Shown: positions 32,176-42,521 of the stretch, piece by piece
Numbering within the stretch: position 1 is the stretch's first letter
Layout: each line of letters opens with the position of its first letter
Source of the DNA: a bacterium
GTDB lineage: Bacteria; Electryoneota; JAOADG01
DNA length: 64,000 nt
Assembly (NCBI GenBank): GCA_963681965.1
Contig: OY820579.1
Coordinates: 2,656,001-2,720,000, forward strand
Direction: 5' to 3'
Notes under the pieces: model-generated
What the model saw: the letters and a program-made list of their open reading frames with translations, nothing else
Database searches by the model: none
What the model was told of the DNA's origin: nothing
Translations under genes and position numbers: made by a program

Positions 32176-32451
32176 CTATTTTCCCTTGAGAGCCTCCTGC
32201 AGGATCTCTTTGTCCAAGGTCAGATCAGATACGACCTTCCGAAGACGGCCATTCTCGCGTTCCAGTTCCTTCAAACGCTTCGCCTGATCCAGCTTCAAAC
32301 CACCGTATTCCTTGCGCCAGTGGTAGTAAGTATGTTCCTGGATGCCCAACTTCCGGCAAACTTCACGGACGCTCATCCCCTTCCCAATCTCAACTTCCGC
32401 TTCACGAAGCATCGGGATAATCTGCTCCGCAGTTCGCTTCACTCCACGCAT
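32176..32451 (-). CDS. IS3 transposase OrfA of the outer element
   Basis: TAEQIIPMLREAE…VCRKLGIQEHTYYHWRKEYGGL…LKELERENGRLRKVV; GGGAGG RBS. Confidence 0.92.
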   Translation of the reverse strand: MRGVKRTAEQIIPMLREAEVEIGKGMSVREVCRKLGIQEHTYYHWRKEYGGLKLDQAKRLKELERENGRLRKVVSDLTLDKEILQEALKGK

Positions 32452-32516
32452 GAAAACCTCCCATAAAAGGTACTACTCTGACATAGAGAGTGGTACTACT
32501 TTCGGGGGCTAGATCA

Positions 32517-33330
32517 GAAGTAATCCATAAAGTTGTATCAATGACGTATTCAGTTTCAATGTCGATGGGAGCTTTTCATAGAGATTAAAAAAGTCATTTG
32601 ACAAATCTCTACCTTCAATCGAGTTAGTAAGAACTTGCCGACAGAAAGCTAACATTGCTAGACAAGTCACATACGACAAAGGATCAATAGAGGGGTCTCG
32701 GCAAATAGAGAAATATTTCTTTAGTAATATTTCGGTCTTCTCGAATTCCTGCACTTGAAAGCGATGGTATGCTGCAATGTAAAGTACGCGAATGCACATT
32801 AATGCTTCACGTGGATTCTGATCCATCAATTCGATCGCTGATAATACAACGGTTTCAGCTTCGTGAAAGCGATGGGCTTCGTAAAGGGCATGCGATAAAT
32901 TAGCTGTATTATTGGCGAAATCGGCAGTATTTGTCAAACCTAGTTCCACGAAGATTCGATTTACTTTCTTTTGCATCTCGATTGCTTCATCGAACTTACC
33001 CATGGCTTGGAGAACAGCCGCCCAGTTTGCCAATAGCGATCGATAGAGATCATCCTTAGGTAGCAAGTGGGTATTTGCCTTCTCGAAACAACGATTCGCT
33101 TTTGGGTAATCCTGTTTCTCAGAATAAATGATTGCTTCGTGGCAATAGCATCGGGCAGTTTGGATCCGGTCTGATTGGTTAATCGCGAGGCGTAGTGCGC
33201 GGATAATTACTTTTTTCGCCTGATCAAATTCTCCGCTTATTCGTAAATCGCGAGAATAGTTAATCAACTCCGAAATCGATTGTGAATTCGGTTTGCTTTG
33301 CGAGAGTATTTGCGCCGATTTACTCCTCAT
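32517..33330 (-). pseudogene. 5' part (TPR repeats) of the IS-disrupted TPR-CHAT gene
   Basis: TPR-like helices (AAVLQAMGKFDEAIEMQKK; LSHALYEAHRFHEAE). The apparent stop at 32509-32511 lies inside the IS end. The start overlaps the anti-sigma gene. Confidence 0.88.
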
Positions 33331-33967
33331 TATGTCGACGGAAGAAAATCAAATAGGTAGATGCTGTGACGTTTTGGAATGAAAATACGGATTGCTTTTG
33401 TTGATTAATACAATATTCAATCCGGCTATTATTGAGGCGAATACGATCGACCATGATGGCTGCCTTGTATTCTTGTTTTGGGTCTTCTATTTCGATTGTC
33501 ACTTCTTGAGACGGCACAGTAATCTTGCATTCGGGAATAGAATCAGTAGTTACATGAACTGGAACTTTTGCAAGAGGAGCATTAGCGTCCAGACCACGGT
33601 ATTCACCAATAGTGGCAATAACTCGAATTGATGGCGGTACGGAAAAATCGAATAACTGGTTAACAGTCCGTTGTTGAAGATCCGAGATCCACGATCTAAT
33701 AAACTTCGATGCTTTGTGTTTTTTGTTCAAGACGGTTTGTAATGATTTTAATAGTATTGATGCCGGTTCGTAAACATTTTCTATGCTCAGTGGGATACGT
33801 TCCATTTGCAGATAAATTGACTGAGCCAGTCGATACTGATTACGGCAAGAGGTGCAGGCTTCTAAATGAACCAAGTGATGCTGATCCTGCATAGTTACCT
33901 CGACTTGCTCAGTAAGCGAGAGATCAATCAATCGTTCCAAATCAAGAGTGGATAAGTGCTTGGTCAT
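33320..33967 (-). CDS. Soluble putative anti-sigma factor with N-terminal zinc finger (zf-HC2/ZAS)
   Basis: KHLS…HLEACTSCRNQY (HxxxCxxC); lies directly downstream of an ECF sigma gene; no transmembrane segment. Confidence 0.8.
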   Translation of the reverse strand: MTKHLSTLDLERLIDLSLTEQVEVTMQDQHHLVHLEACTSCRNQYRLAQSIYLQMERIPLSIENVYEPASILLKSLQTVLNKKHKASKFIRSWISDLQQRTVNQLFDFSVPPSIRVIATIGEYRGLDANAPLAKVPVHVTTDSIPECKITVPSQEVTIEIEDPKQEYKAAIMVDRIRLNNSRIEYCINQQKQSVFSFQNVTASTYLIFFRRHNEE

Positions 33968-34021
33968 AATCTACCTCGATGTCCTCTTAATTATACTCAT
34001 TCACATTCAGTGTATCGCAGG

Positions 34022-34843
34022 TCACATGATTCGTGTGATTGATTTTGCCATTTTCACCGAGAGGCGCTTTCGAACGTTGTAGTTCCAATTACTTACAATA
34101 CTAGCGCCAGCGATGCCCTGAGCGCAAACGAATACTTCAAATTCAATATTTCCACAGATTTTCAAGAGGATTTGATTGTACCGAGCGATAGAGACACTGT
34201 CGTTCCTTGAAAGCAAATTTTGAACAGAGCGATGCAATTCCTGACCGATTTTCGAAAATAACTGATCAATGAGTTGAGAGTTAAATTTGTAGTTTGCTTC
34301 GAATTCGGTTTGCCATTTCGCACAAAGTGCATACAACGTCTCCCGGGAAAATTCATTCACCAACTCGAGTGGAGTGATTTTGGAAGAACTAGTATGACAA
34401 AGACCAAAGGAGATTACTTGCCATGGCGTGCCTGAATTTATCAAATGATTCATGAAGATCTTGAATGTTCGATCTGACCCTTCGGGAGTATGACTTTGTT
34501 CAGAGACAAATTCACTTTGTTCATCGATTCGAATTACCTCTAATCGGTTTCTTACCGTTCGATTTAAAAAAGTTTTCACGTGATTGGAAGCAATTGTGTA
34601 AGCCCAAGTTGAAAACTTGACATTTCGATTAAAATCGAAAGTCTTGGTTGAATCAACTAGTTTGATAACGATTTCTTGTGTGAGGTCTTCTAATTCAGTA
34701 TTGCTGCATACGCCTGAGTAAACCATCTTGGAAATTATTTGTCGAGTAAAGTCAGCGGATTGAAGATAAAGTTCATTCAGTGCTTCACGATCGTTTGCGC
34801 GCACTCGTTCTATCAAGTGATTATTGAATAAATTCTTTTCCAT
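34022..34843 (-). CDS. ECF-type RNA polymerase sigma factor with an atypical, expanded region 4
   Basis: Region-2 motifs DREALNELY…EDLTQEIVIKL…KFSTWAYTIASN. The C-terminal SIVSNWNYNVRKRL resembles the region-4.2 recognition helix. Confidence 0.82.
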   Translation of the reverse strand: MEKNLFNNHLIERVRANDREALNELYLQSADFTRQIISKMVYSGVCSNTELEDLTQEIVIKLVDSTKTFDFNRNVKFSTWAYTIASNHVKTFLNRTVRNRLEVIRIDEQSEFVSEQSHTPEGSDRTFKIFMNHLINSGTPWQVISFGLCHTSSSKITPLELVNEFSRETLYALCAKWQTEFEANYKFNSQLIDQLFSKIGQELHRSVQNLLSRNDSVSIARYNQILLKICGNIEFEVFVCAQGIAGASIVSNWNYNVRKRLSVKMAKSITRIM

Positions 34844-35116
34844 TTACTTACGAAGGAATTTGGTTGAATTCGGAATCAAGGTCGTTTATTGAACGCTCGA
34901 ATCCAGCAATTAGTCCAGATTCAAGTCAGTATTGCAATAATGATTACACTGCAGCACTAGCATTCAAGATACCATAATTTAATGTGAATTGACTAATAAT
35001 TACAATATCTGTGTCTCTTGTAAATTGTTACTGACGGAAATCTCAATTTGGAGTCGATCATCTACTGCCGTTTTTATTCAAATCCCACATAGATAGTTAT
35101 CAATTAATTCCCGACT

Positions 35117-35188
35117 CTTTACATTTTCTTTACACCTTCTACTATCCTTCCACATTGATCTTTTACATCTTCTCGATCTTCTTATAAT
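35117..35188 (+). promoter_or_regulatory. Putative KdpE-binding direct repeat and -10 element of the kdp promoter
   Basis: TTTACA at 35118 and 35129 (11-bp period; resembles the E. coli KdpE site TTTATA…TTTACA), a third copy at 35162, and TATAAT at 35183-35188. Confidence 0.7.
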
Positions 35189-35333
35189 GAAATGGTTGGA
35201 AGGGAGGAGGTAGATGATGCAATTGACTTTATTTATGGCAGTGATAAGCGGCTTTGCTGTTGTTAAGACTCACATCAGATTGCATCGATTGGGATTGGAA
35301 TTGGATAAAGCACTGGATGGAAGGAGAGAGACA

Positions 35334-35423
35334 ATGGCAATATTGTATATCATCGCAGCAATAGTCGCGATCTTTGTCTTCACTTATTTGCTAGTAGCGT
35401 TGTTTCATCCGGAGAAGTTCTAA
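35334..35423 (+). CDS. kdpF: K+-transporting ATPase subunit F
   Basis: 29 aa MAILYIIAAIVAIFVFTYLLVALFHPEKF with the YL..AL..PE.F signature; AAGGAG RBS; stop overlaps the kdpA start. Confidence 0.88.
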   Translation: MAILYIIAAIVAIFVFTYLLVALFHPEKF

Positions 35424-37150
35424 TGAACAATTCTGATTTTCTGCAAATCGGGATCTACTTCATTGTTCTGTTGATACTTGCAAAGCCGCTTGGAACTTAC
35501 ATTGCAACTGTGATCGAATCAGATTGTAGATCAAAGCGCTTGCCGATCAGTTGGTTAGAACGATCAATCTACCGGATCTGCAACATCGATCCGCTTGTAG
35601 AAATGAATTGGAAGCAGTATGCGATTGCAGTCATGATGTTCAATGTTAGTGGAGTGGTGATCTTATTTTTGATCTTGTTAACACAGCATTGGATGCCGTT
35701 GAATCCCGAACATCGGAATGCGGTTCCATTTGCACTAGCATTGAACACTTCCGTTAGTTTCGTAACAAATACCAACTGGCAATCGTATAGTGGTGAATCG
35801 ACGTTGAGTTACTTTTCGCAGATGGTTGGACTCACTGTTCAGAATTTTCTTTCTGCTGCTACTGGAATTGCTGTGATGGCTGCGTTGATTCGCGGACTGG
35901 TACGTAAAAATGTGGCAACTATCGGGAACTTCTGGATTGATCTAGTTCGCTCTACTATCTATATACTGTTACCACTTTCGATACTCCTTTCGATAGTGTT
36001 GATATGGCAAGGAGTTCCGCAAACCTTCTCGCCCACCTTAACAACGAAACTTATGGAACCGGTGCAGCAGGATTCGCTCACGAAAGTTACTACTCAATCC
36101 ATCCCATTAGGACCAGTAGCTTCACAGATTGCGATCAAACAACTCGGTACGAACGGTGGTGGTTTCTACAATGTGAATTCAGCACACCCATTCGAGAATC
36201 CAACCCCACTCTCGAATTTCTTGGAAATGCTATCACTAATCCTCATTCCAACTGCACTCTGCTTCACATTCGGAAAGATGGTTGGGGATGCGCGGCAGGG
36301 GAATGCGTTACTGCTTACAATGTTAGTACTGTTTGCACTGTTTCTGTATGTGGGACTGTGGCAAGAGTATCAACCAAATCCGAATCTAGTATCCATTCAC
36401 GGATTAAATTCAACTCAAGCAAATATGGAGGGTAAAGAAGTTCGATTTGGTGTTGCGAACTCGGTTCTTTGGGCAACTGCCACCACTGCTGCTTCCAATG
36501 GATCCGTGATTGCGATGCATGACAGTTTTTCACCTTTGGGTGGTTTAGTTCCAATGCTATTGATGCAATTAGGTGAAATTGTGTTTGGTGGTGTCGGATC
36601 GGGGCTGTACGGAATGATCGTCTTTGCAATTGTTGCAGTATTCATTGCTGGTTTGATGGTAGGTCGAACACCGGAGTATTTGGGAAAAAAGATTGAATCC
36701 TTCGAAATGAAAATGGTCTCGATTGTATTACTGGTTCCTATTCTTGTCGTACTCATCGGGACAGCGATCGCCGTGATTATTCCAGCAGGTAAAGCGGGGG
36801 TATTCAATCCGGGAGTACACGGTTTCAGCGAAATTCTATATGCATTATCCTCAGCTGCCAACAACAATGGTAGTTCATTTGCCGGACTAAGTGCGAATTC
36901 CAATTTTTATAATTATCTGCTTGCGTTTGCGATGTTCATTGGTCGCTTTATGGTAATTGTGCCAGTTTTGGCTATTGCAGGATCAATGGGCGAAAAGAAG
37001 AGTGTACCTGCTGGACCCGGGACCTTTCCAACTACGGGATGGTTGTTTATCGGAATCCTTAGTGCTGTGATTCTCATTGTCGGCGCGTTGAGTTTCTTTC
37101 CAGCGCTTGCATTAGGTCCCATCGTCGAACACTACCAATTATTCCGGTAG
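35423..37150 (+). CDS. kdpA: K+-transporting ATPase subunit A
   Basis: SFVTNTNWQSYSGE, IKQLGTNGGG, NNGSSFAGL and FFPALALGPIVEH. Confidence 0.98.
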   Translation: MNNSDFLQIGIYFIVLLILAKPLGTYIATVIESDCRSKRLPISWLERSIYRICNIDPLVEMNWKQYAIAVMMFNVSGVVILFLILLTQHWMPLNPEHRNAVPFALALNTSVSFVTNTNWQSYSGESTLSYFSQMVGLTVQNFLSAATGIAVMAALIRGLVRKNVATIGNFWIDLVRSTIYILLPLSILLSIVLIWQGVPQTFSPTLTTKLMEPVQQDSLTKVTTQSIPLGPVASQIAIKQLGTNGGGFYNVNSAHPFENPTPLSNFLEMLSLILIPTALCFTFGKMVGDARQGNALLLTMLVLFALFLYVGLWQEYQPNPNLVSIHGLNSTQANMEGKEVRFGVANSVLWATATTAASNGSVIAMHDSFSPLGGLVPMLLMQLGEIVFGGVGSGLYGMIVFAIVAVFIAGLMVGRTPEYLGKKIESFEMKMVSIVLLVPILVVLIGTAIAVIIPAGKAGVFNPGVHGFSEILYALSSAANNNGSSFAGLSANSNFYNYLLAFAMFIGRFMVIVPVLAIAGSMGEKKSVPAGPGTFPTTGWLFIGILSAVILIVGALSFFPALALGPIVEHYQLFR

Positions 37151-37160
37151 CAGGTGAATA

Positions 37161-39230
37161 ATGGAAAAAAAATCACTTAACTCGCAACAGTTGCGTGAAC
37201 AGATTTTCGAAGCGATTCAGGACTCATTTCGAAAAATGAATCCGAAGACTCAATTGCGCAATCCTGTAATGTTTGTAGTATACATCGGTAGCATTTTTAC
37301 TACCGGGTTATATATACAATCGATAATCGGGCAGGGGGAAGCGCCCAGCTCATTTATCTTCGGCGTGACACTTTGGCTTTGGTTTACAGTATTGTTTGCC
37401 AACTTTGCCGAAGCTATTGCGGAAGGGCGAGGCAGAGCTCAAGCTGAAAGCCTCCGGAAAGCACGCAAGGATGTTACTGCTAAAAAACTTTCGGATCCAG
37501 TTCGAACTAGTATCTCAATATTGGTAGCTGCTTCGACCATGACAAAAGGGGATATATATCTGGTGGAAGCGGGTGATGTTCTTCCTGCCGATGGCGAAGT
37601 GATCGAAGGAGTCGCTTCTGTCGATGAAAGTGCGATAACTGGTGAAAGCGCACCAGTTATTCGCGAGAGCGGTGGTGATCGCAGTTCGGTAACAGGAGGT
37701 ACTAGAATTTTGTCCGATTGGCTGGTCGTTCGGGTAACTGCAAAGCCGGGCGAATCGTTTCTAGACCGGATGATAGCAATGGTCGAAGGGGCAAAGAGAC
37801 AGAAGACACCCAATGAAATCGCACTGAACATTCTACTTGCAGCGATGACAATCATATTCCTCTTGGTAACGGCGACGTTGCTCCCATTTTCGATCTTTGC
37901 TGTAGAAACGGCAAAAGGTGGTAATGTCATCTCCATAACAGTTTTGATATCATTACTGGTTTGCTTAGCACCCACTACCATTGGTGCGTTACTTTCCGCA
38001 ATTGGTATCGCAGGCATGAATCGCCTAAGTCAATTCAATGTCATCGCAATGTCGGGGCGTGCGGTGGAGGCTGCTGGTGATGTCGATGTACTGCTTCTCG
38101 ATAAGACCGGCACTATTACTCTTGGAAATCGACAGGCAGTTGAGTTTCTTCCAGTGAAAGGCGTGATTGAAAAGGAATTGGCTGAAGCTGCTCAGTTATC
38201 CTCTTTGGCAGATGAAACTCCGGAAGGACGTAGCATTGTCATATTGGCAAAGAACCGGTTTTCGATTCGCGAGCGCAGCATTGAACAGTTGGGTGTTCAC
38301 TTCATACCATTCTCTGCCAATACTCGTATGAGTGGTGTTGATTTTCATGGGAAAGAGATTCGTAAAGGTGCAGCAGATAGCATCGAAAAATACATTATTT
38401 CGAATGGTGGTATAATTCCTCCGGAGTTGACATCGATTGTTCAAAGCGTTGCTCACAAAGGTGGTACACCATTGGTTGTTACTGAGAAACACCGTGTACT
38501 CGGTGTGATTCATTTGAAGGACATCGTGAAAGGTGGCATCAAAGAACGGTTTGTGCAATTGCGTAAAATTGGGATTAAAACCGTGATGATCACAGGTGAC
38601 AATCCTCTCACTGCAGCTGCTATAGCAGCCGAGGCTGGTGTCGATGATTTTCTTGCAGAAGCGACACCGGAAGCCAAGTTAAAATTGATTAGGGAGTTTC
38701 AGCAGGCAGGTCATTTGGTCGCAATGTGTGGCGATGGCACCAACGATGCTCCGGCGCTGGCACAAGCCGATGTCGCTGTAGCAATGAATACAGGTACCCA
38801 AGCAGCAAAAGAAGCCGGTAATATGATCGACCTCGATTCCAATCCAACCAAACTTATCGAAGTCACACAGATCGGAAAGCAACTCCTGATGACTCGGGGT
38901 GCATTGACAACCTTTAGTATTTCGAATGACGTTGCCAAGTATTTCGCTATTCTACCCGCAGCGTTCGCATCGACTTATCCTGAACTGAATAAACTCAATG
39001 TAATGGGATTGACTTCACCACATAGTGCCATTCTTTCAGCAGTGATCTTCAATGCTTTGGTCATTATTCTGTTGATTCCACTCGCGCTTCGCGGAGTGAA
39101 GTATCGTCCACTTCCTGCATCGCAACTGCTATCGAGGAACATATTCATCTACGGTATCGGTGGACTTATTGTTCCATTTGTCGGTATCAAATTGATCGAT
39201 CTGATTCTCGGCATATTTCATCTGGTCTAG
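37161..39230 (+). CDS. kdpB: K+-transporting P-type ATPase subunit B
   Basis: TGES, DKTGTIT phosphorylation site and [10 protein letters not shown]. Confidence 0.98.
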   Translation: MEKKSLNSQQLREQIFEAIQDSFRKMNPKTQLRNPVMFVVYIGSIFTTGLYIQSIIGQGEAPSSFIFGVTLWLWFTVLFANFAEAIAEGRGRAQAESLRKARKDVTAKKLSDPVRTSISILVAASTMTKGDIYLVEAGDVLPADGEVIEGVASVDESAITGESAPVIRESGGDRSSVTGGTRILSDWLVVRVTAKPGESFLDRMIAMVEGAKRQKTPNEIALNILLAAMTIIFLLVTATLLPFSIFAVETAKGGNVISITVLISLLVCLAPTTIGALLSAIGIAGMNRLSQFNVIAMSGRAVEAAGDVDVLLLDKTGTITLGNRQAVEFLPVKGVIEKELAEAAQLSSLADETPEGRSIVILAKNRFSIRERSIEQLGVHFIPFSANTRMSGVDFHGKEIRKGAADSIEKYIISNGGIIPPELTSIVQSVAHKGGTPLVVTEKHRVLGVIHLKDIVKGGIKERFVQLRKIGIKTVMITGDNPLTAAAIAAEAGVDDFLAEATPEAKLKLIREFQQAGHLVAMCGDGTNDAPALAQADVAVAMNTGTQAAKEAGNMIDLDSNPTKLIEVTQIGKQLLMTRGALTTFSISNDVAKYFAILPAAFASTYPELNKLNVMGLTSPHSAILSAVIFNALVIILLIPLALRGVKYRPLPASQLLSRNIFIYGIGGLIVPFVGIKLIDLILGIFHLV

Positions 39231-39237
39231 GAAAACC

Positions 39238-39828
39238 ATGAAACAGCTCTTCTATCAATCGGCGAAAATGCTAATCATATTGATTCTGCTCACTGGTGTG
39301 GTTTATCCCACGTTGATTACCATTGTCGGGCACTTTGTTTTTCCTCGCCAAGCATCTGGAAGCGTAATCAAAAATGGAGAAGTGCTCGTTGGATCAGAGT
39401 TAATTGGACAGCATTTTACCTCATCGAAGTACTTCTGGAGTCGCCCATCTGCGACTTTGCCTGTGTCCTATAACGCAGCCTCTTCGAGTGGATCTAATGT
39501 GGGTCCATCGAACCCAGCATTGGTAAAACAGGCAAAACTGCGAGAGACTCAATTGAAACAATCTGATAGTAGTAACTCACAACTGATTCCCATTGATCTT
39601 ATAACCAGCTCAGGCAGTGGACTTGATCCACATATATCTCCCGAAGCTACCCGGTATCAGATTTCCCGTATTGCGAAACTACGTGGTTGTGATCGAGTGT
39701 TTCTGGAAAATCTCGTCACTCGCTTCACTGAGACAAGGCAATTAGGTATTTTAGGTGAATCGCGTGTAAACGTAGTGAAACTTAACTTAGCTCTCGACTC
39801 ATTATGTCCAATAATAACAAAACAATAG
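39238..39828 (+). CDS. kdpC: K+-transporting ATPase subunit C
   Basis: GSELIGQHF…YFWSRPSA, SGSGLDPHIS and VNVVKLNLALD. Confidence 0.97.
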   Translation: MKQLFYQSAKMLIILILLTGVVYPTLITIVGHFVFPRQASGSVIKNGEVLVGSELIGQHFTSSKYFWSRPSATLPVSYNAASSSGSNVGPSNPALVKQAKLRETQLKQSDSSNSQLIPIDLITSSGSGLDPHISPEATRYQISRIAKLRGCDRVFLENLVTRFTETRQLGILGESRVNVVKLNLALDSLCPIITKQ

Positions 39829-42521
39829 ATTACGAACGTCCCAATCCGGATGATTTAATCGAACGGATCAAACTGGAAGATAGTGTCTCCCCTCGGGGAC
39901 GACTAGTCATTTTCTTTGGGTATGCCGCCGGAGTTGGAAAAACCTATAAAATGCTTGAGGCTGCCAGAGCACAGAAATCTGCAGGTATTGATGTTGTTAT
40001 TGGTTTTGTACAACCCCATGGACGAATTGAGACTGAAACATTGATGAGTAGTCTCGAGTGTCTTCCCACTTCAAAAATCGAGTATCGATCGATCCAGATT
40101 GACGAATTTGATATCGATGCAGCTTTACAAAGAAAGCCAAAGCTAATACTAGTTGACGAACTGGCACATACAAATACACCTGAATGCAGACACCCCAAAC
40201 GCTGGCAAGACATCGAAGATTTGCGTGATTCCGGTATCGATGTTTTTACTACGCTAAATGTTCAGCACCTTGAAACGCTCAACGATGTTGTGGCTCAAAT
40301 TACTGGCGTTATTGTTCAAGAGACGATACCAGATGCCGTTTTCGATAGTGCAGACGAAATCGAACTTATCGACTTGCCTCCCGATGAGTTATTGGATCGC
40401 TTGAAACATGGCAAAGTGTATTTACCCAAGCAGATCGAACGGGCACTAAGTAATTTCTTTATCAAACCGAACCTGATCGCACTTCGGGAACTGGCGTTGC
40501 GAAAGACGACTGAACGAATTAATCAACAGGTTCAGACCGCCCGCAAGAGTATGGGTTCCGAGAAGATCTGGCAAACCGGCGAGAAATTACTAGTATGTGT
40601 GAGTCCTAATTCGTTGAGTCCGAAAGTCATTCGCACGGCAAAGCGAATAGCAACATCTTTGCAAACCAATTGGATTGCAGCGCACGTTGAAACTCCACAC
40701 TCACAGCGGATCAGTGATAAAAGTCGACAGGCGTTATTGAAGCATTTGCACCTTGCTGAAACACTTGGCGCCGAGATTGTCACACTGAGTGGCAACAATC
40801 GTGCTGATGAGATTCTCGATTATGCTCATCATCGGAATATTTCTCAAATCATCGTCGGTTATAGTGATCGACCATGGTGGAAACAGTTTTTTCGAGAAGC
40901 AATTTCTTCGGAATTGCAAAGGAAAAGCACTGATATCGATGTTTTAGTAGTAGTGGGAACTACCGAGAAAGTAGATGCAGCGGATTCACCATTACCAGAT
41001 GTCAAAGAAATCAAAGGGTACAAGCGCAGCCTTGCTGTTGTAGCACTCTGCACTGCAATCGCTTACTTGATGCACTATTTTCAACTAGCTGAAGCCAACA
41101 AGGTGATGGTTTTTTTGCTGGGTGTCGTATTCATTGCAGCTCGGTATGGTGCCGGTCCCGGAATATTGGCATCTATCGTAAGTGTTCTGCTATTCGATTT
41201 CTTGATGGTAAAGCCCTTTGTATCATTTGCAGTACAGGATACCGAGTATATCCTGACCTTTTTAGTGATGCTTGCAATCGCGATACTGATCAGCACTCTT
41301 ACTTCACGGATCGCACAGCAGTCTGATATGTTACGCCGAAGAATGCAGCGAACTGAAGCACTCTATCGATTATCGAGACAGCTTGCCAGTACCGCTGGGT
41401 TTCATCAATTAATTGAGGTTGCAGATAAAGAACTTTCCGAAATGTTCGATTCGCAGATTGTTGTATATGTCCGTAAAGGAGCGAATGATTTTACCCCTGT
41501 GACGCAAGATTCGGATTATTTTACTACCGATTTCATTGAACATGGTGTTGCGATGTGGGCATTTACCCATGTTCAAATCACGGGACGGGGTACCGATACT
41601 TTACCTCAAGCGAAAACACTTTATTTACCATTGGTTGGAACCCGTGGTGCGTTAGGTGTGCTGGGTCTTCGACCGAGAAAATCGAATGTAATATTCATGC
41701 CAGAGCAGATGGAAACGTTAGAGACGCTATCAGGTCAAATCGCTTTAGCATTGGAACGAGAACTTTTTTCGGATCAAGTTCAGAAAGGTTTGTTGGACAT
41801 TGAGTCCGAGCGATTGCGGAGCAGCCTATTGAGTTCAATCTCCCATGATCTACGAACACCCCTTTCTGTAATTTCAGGTGAAATCCAAAACCTACTCGGT
41901 CGAACAGATCTGACGGGAGATCACGATGTGTTAATGTCGTTATCTACAGCCGCAGGAGAAGCAAAACGATTAAATCGCTATATTGATAATCTGCTTATGA
42001 TAACCAGACTGGAGGCAGGATCAATCGTTCCTGACCTGCAATGGAATGTGATTGATGATGTAATCGGAAGCGCTATAAGTGCAGTCAAAGTGGACTTATC
42101 AGGAAAAGAAATAAAATTAAACGTTCCTGAAACTCCCCCTGTAAAAATGGATAGTGTACTCATCGAACGGGTATTGATTAACTTGTTGGATAATGCAATT
42201 AAGTTTTCGGCTCCAGACACAGAAATTGAGTTAGAAGTCAATTCCTCTTCTGATATGCTGCAAGTATCGATCTCGGATCGTGGAATTGGTATGCCCGACG
42301 GAATGGAAGATAAAATTTTCGAAAAGTTCTACCGATCCGACCGGGATAATCATAATAGAAAATTGGGTACAGGATTAGGATTGTCGATCTGTAAGTCGAT
42401 TTTGATTATGCACAATGGGTCAATTACTGCTACAAATCGCGATGGAGGAGGTACAATCGTATCTTTCCGATTACCATTAACCAGTAATACCGAACCAACG
42501 AAACGAATTAATGATGTCTAA
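39804..42521 (+). CDS. kdpD: Sensor histidine kinase KdpD
   Basis: GYAAGVGKTY, LVDELAHTN, Usp-like domain, four TM segments, SISHDLRTPL and GTGLGLSI. Confidence 0.97.
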   Translation: MSNNNKTIDYERPNPDDLIERIKLEDSVSPRGRLVIFFGYAAGVGKTYKMLEAARAQKSAGIDVVIGFVQPHGRIETETLMSSLECLPTSKIEYRSIQIDEFDIDAALQRKPKLILVDELAHTNTPECRHPKRWQDIEDLRDSGIDVFTTLNVQHLETLNDVVAQITGVIVQETIPDAVFDSADEIELIDLPPDELLDRLKHGKVYLPKQIERALSNFFIKPNLIALRELALRKTTERINQQVQTARKSMGSEKIWQTGEKLLVCVSPNSLSPKVIRTAKRIATSLQTNWIAAHVETPHSQRISDKSRQALLKHLHLAETLGAEIVTLSGNNRADEILDYAHHRNISQIIVGYSDRPWWKQFFREAISSELQRKSTDIDVLVVVGTTEKVDAADSPLPDVKEIKGYKRSLAVVALCTAIAYLMHYFQLAEANKVMVFLLGVVFIAARYGAGPGILASIVSVLLFDFLMVKPFVSFAVQDTEYILTFLVMLAIAILISTLTSRIAQQSDMLRRRMQRTEALYRLSRQLASTAGFHQLIEVADKELSEMFDSQIVVYVRKGANDFTPVTQDSDYFTTDFIEHGVAMWAFTHVQITGRGTDTLPQAKTLYLPLVGTRGALGVLGLRPRKSNVIFMPEQMETLETLSGQIALALERELFSDQVQKGLLDIESERLRSSLLSSISHDLRTPLSVISGEIQNLLGRTDLTGDHDVLMSLSTAAGEAKRLNRYIDNLLMITRLEAGSIVPDLQWNVIDDVIGSAISAVKVDLSGKEIKLNVPETPPVKMDSVLIERVLINLLDNAIKFSAPDTEIELEVNSSSDMLQVSISDRGIGMPDGMEDKIFEKFYRSDRDNHNRKLGTGLGLSICKSILIMHNGSITATNRDGGGTIVSFRLPLTSNTEPTKRINDV

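Larger units (their letters stand above)
30005..32185 (-). pseudogene. orfB (DDE integrase core) of the outer IS3 element, interrupted by the nested IS
   Basis: Frame from the slippery GGGAAAA (32185-32179): IVCPAKRRET…RRADE|GPLVSL…YGYR…WSFDF…SDNGPEF. Continuous once 30741-32033 and one TCG are removed. Confidence 0.88.
29971..32516 (-). mobile_element. IS3-family (IS407-like) insertion sequence, 1250 bp without the nested element
   Basis: Terminal IRs TGATCTGCCCCCATTATTTGTACCA and TGATCTAGCCCCCGAAAGTAGTACCA; 4-bp target duplication GAAG (29967-29970, 32517-32520); orfA/orfB organisation. Confidence 0.95.

Noticed and set aside
27955-34843. Type III-E CRISPR (Craspase) locus
   Set aside because: No cas7-11, other cas genes or repeat-spacer array in the window; only the analogy is retained.
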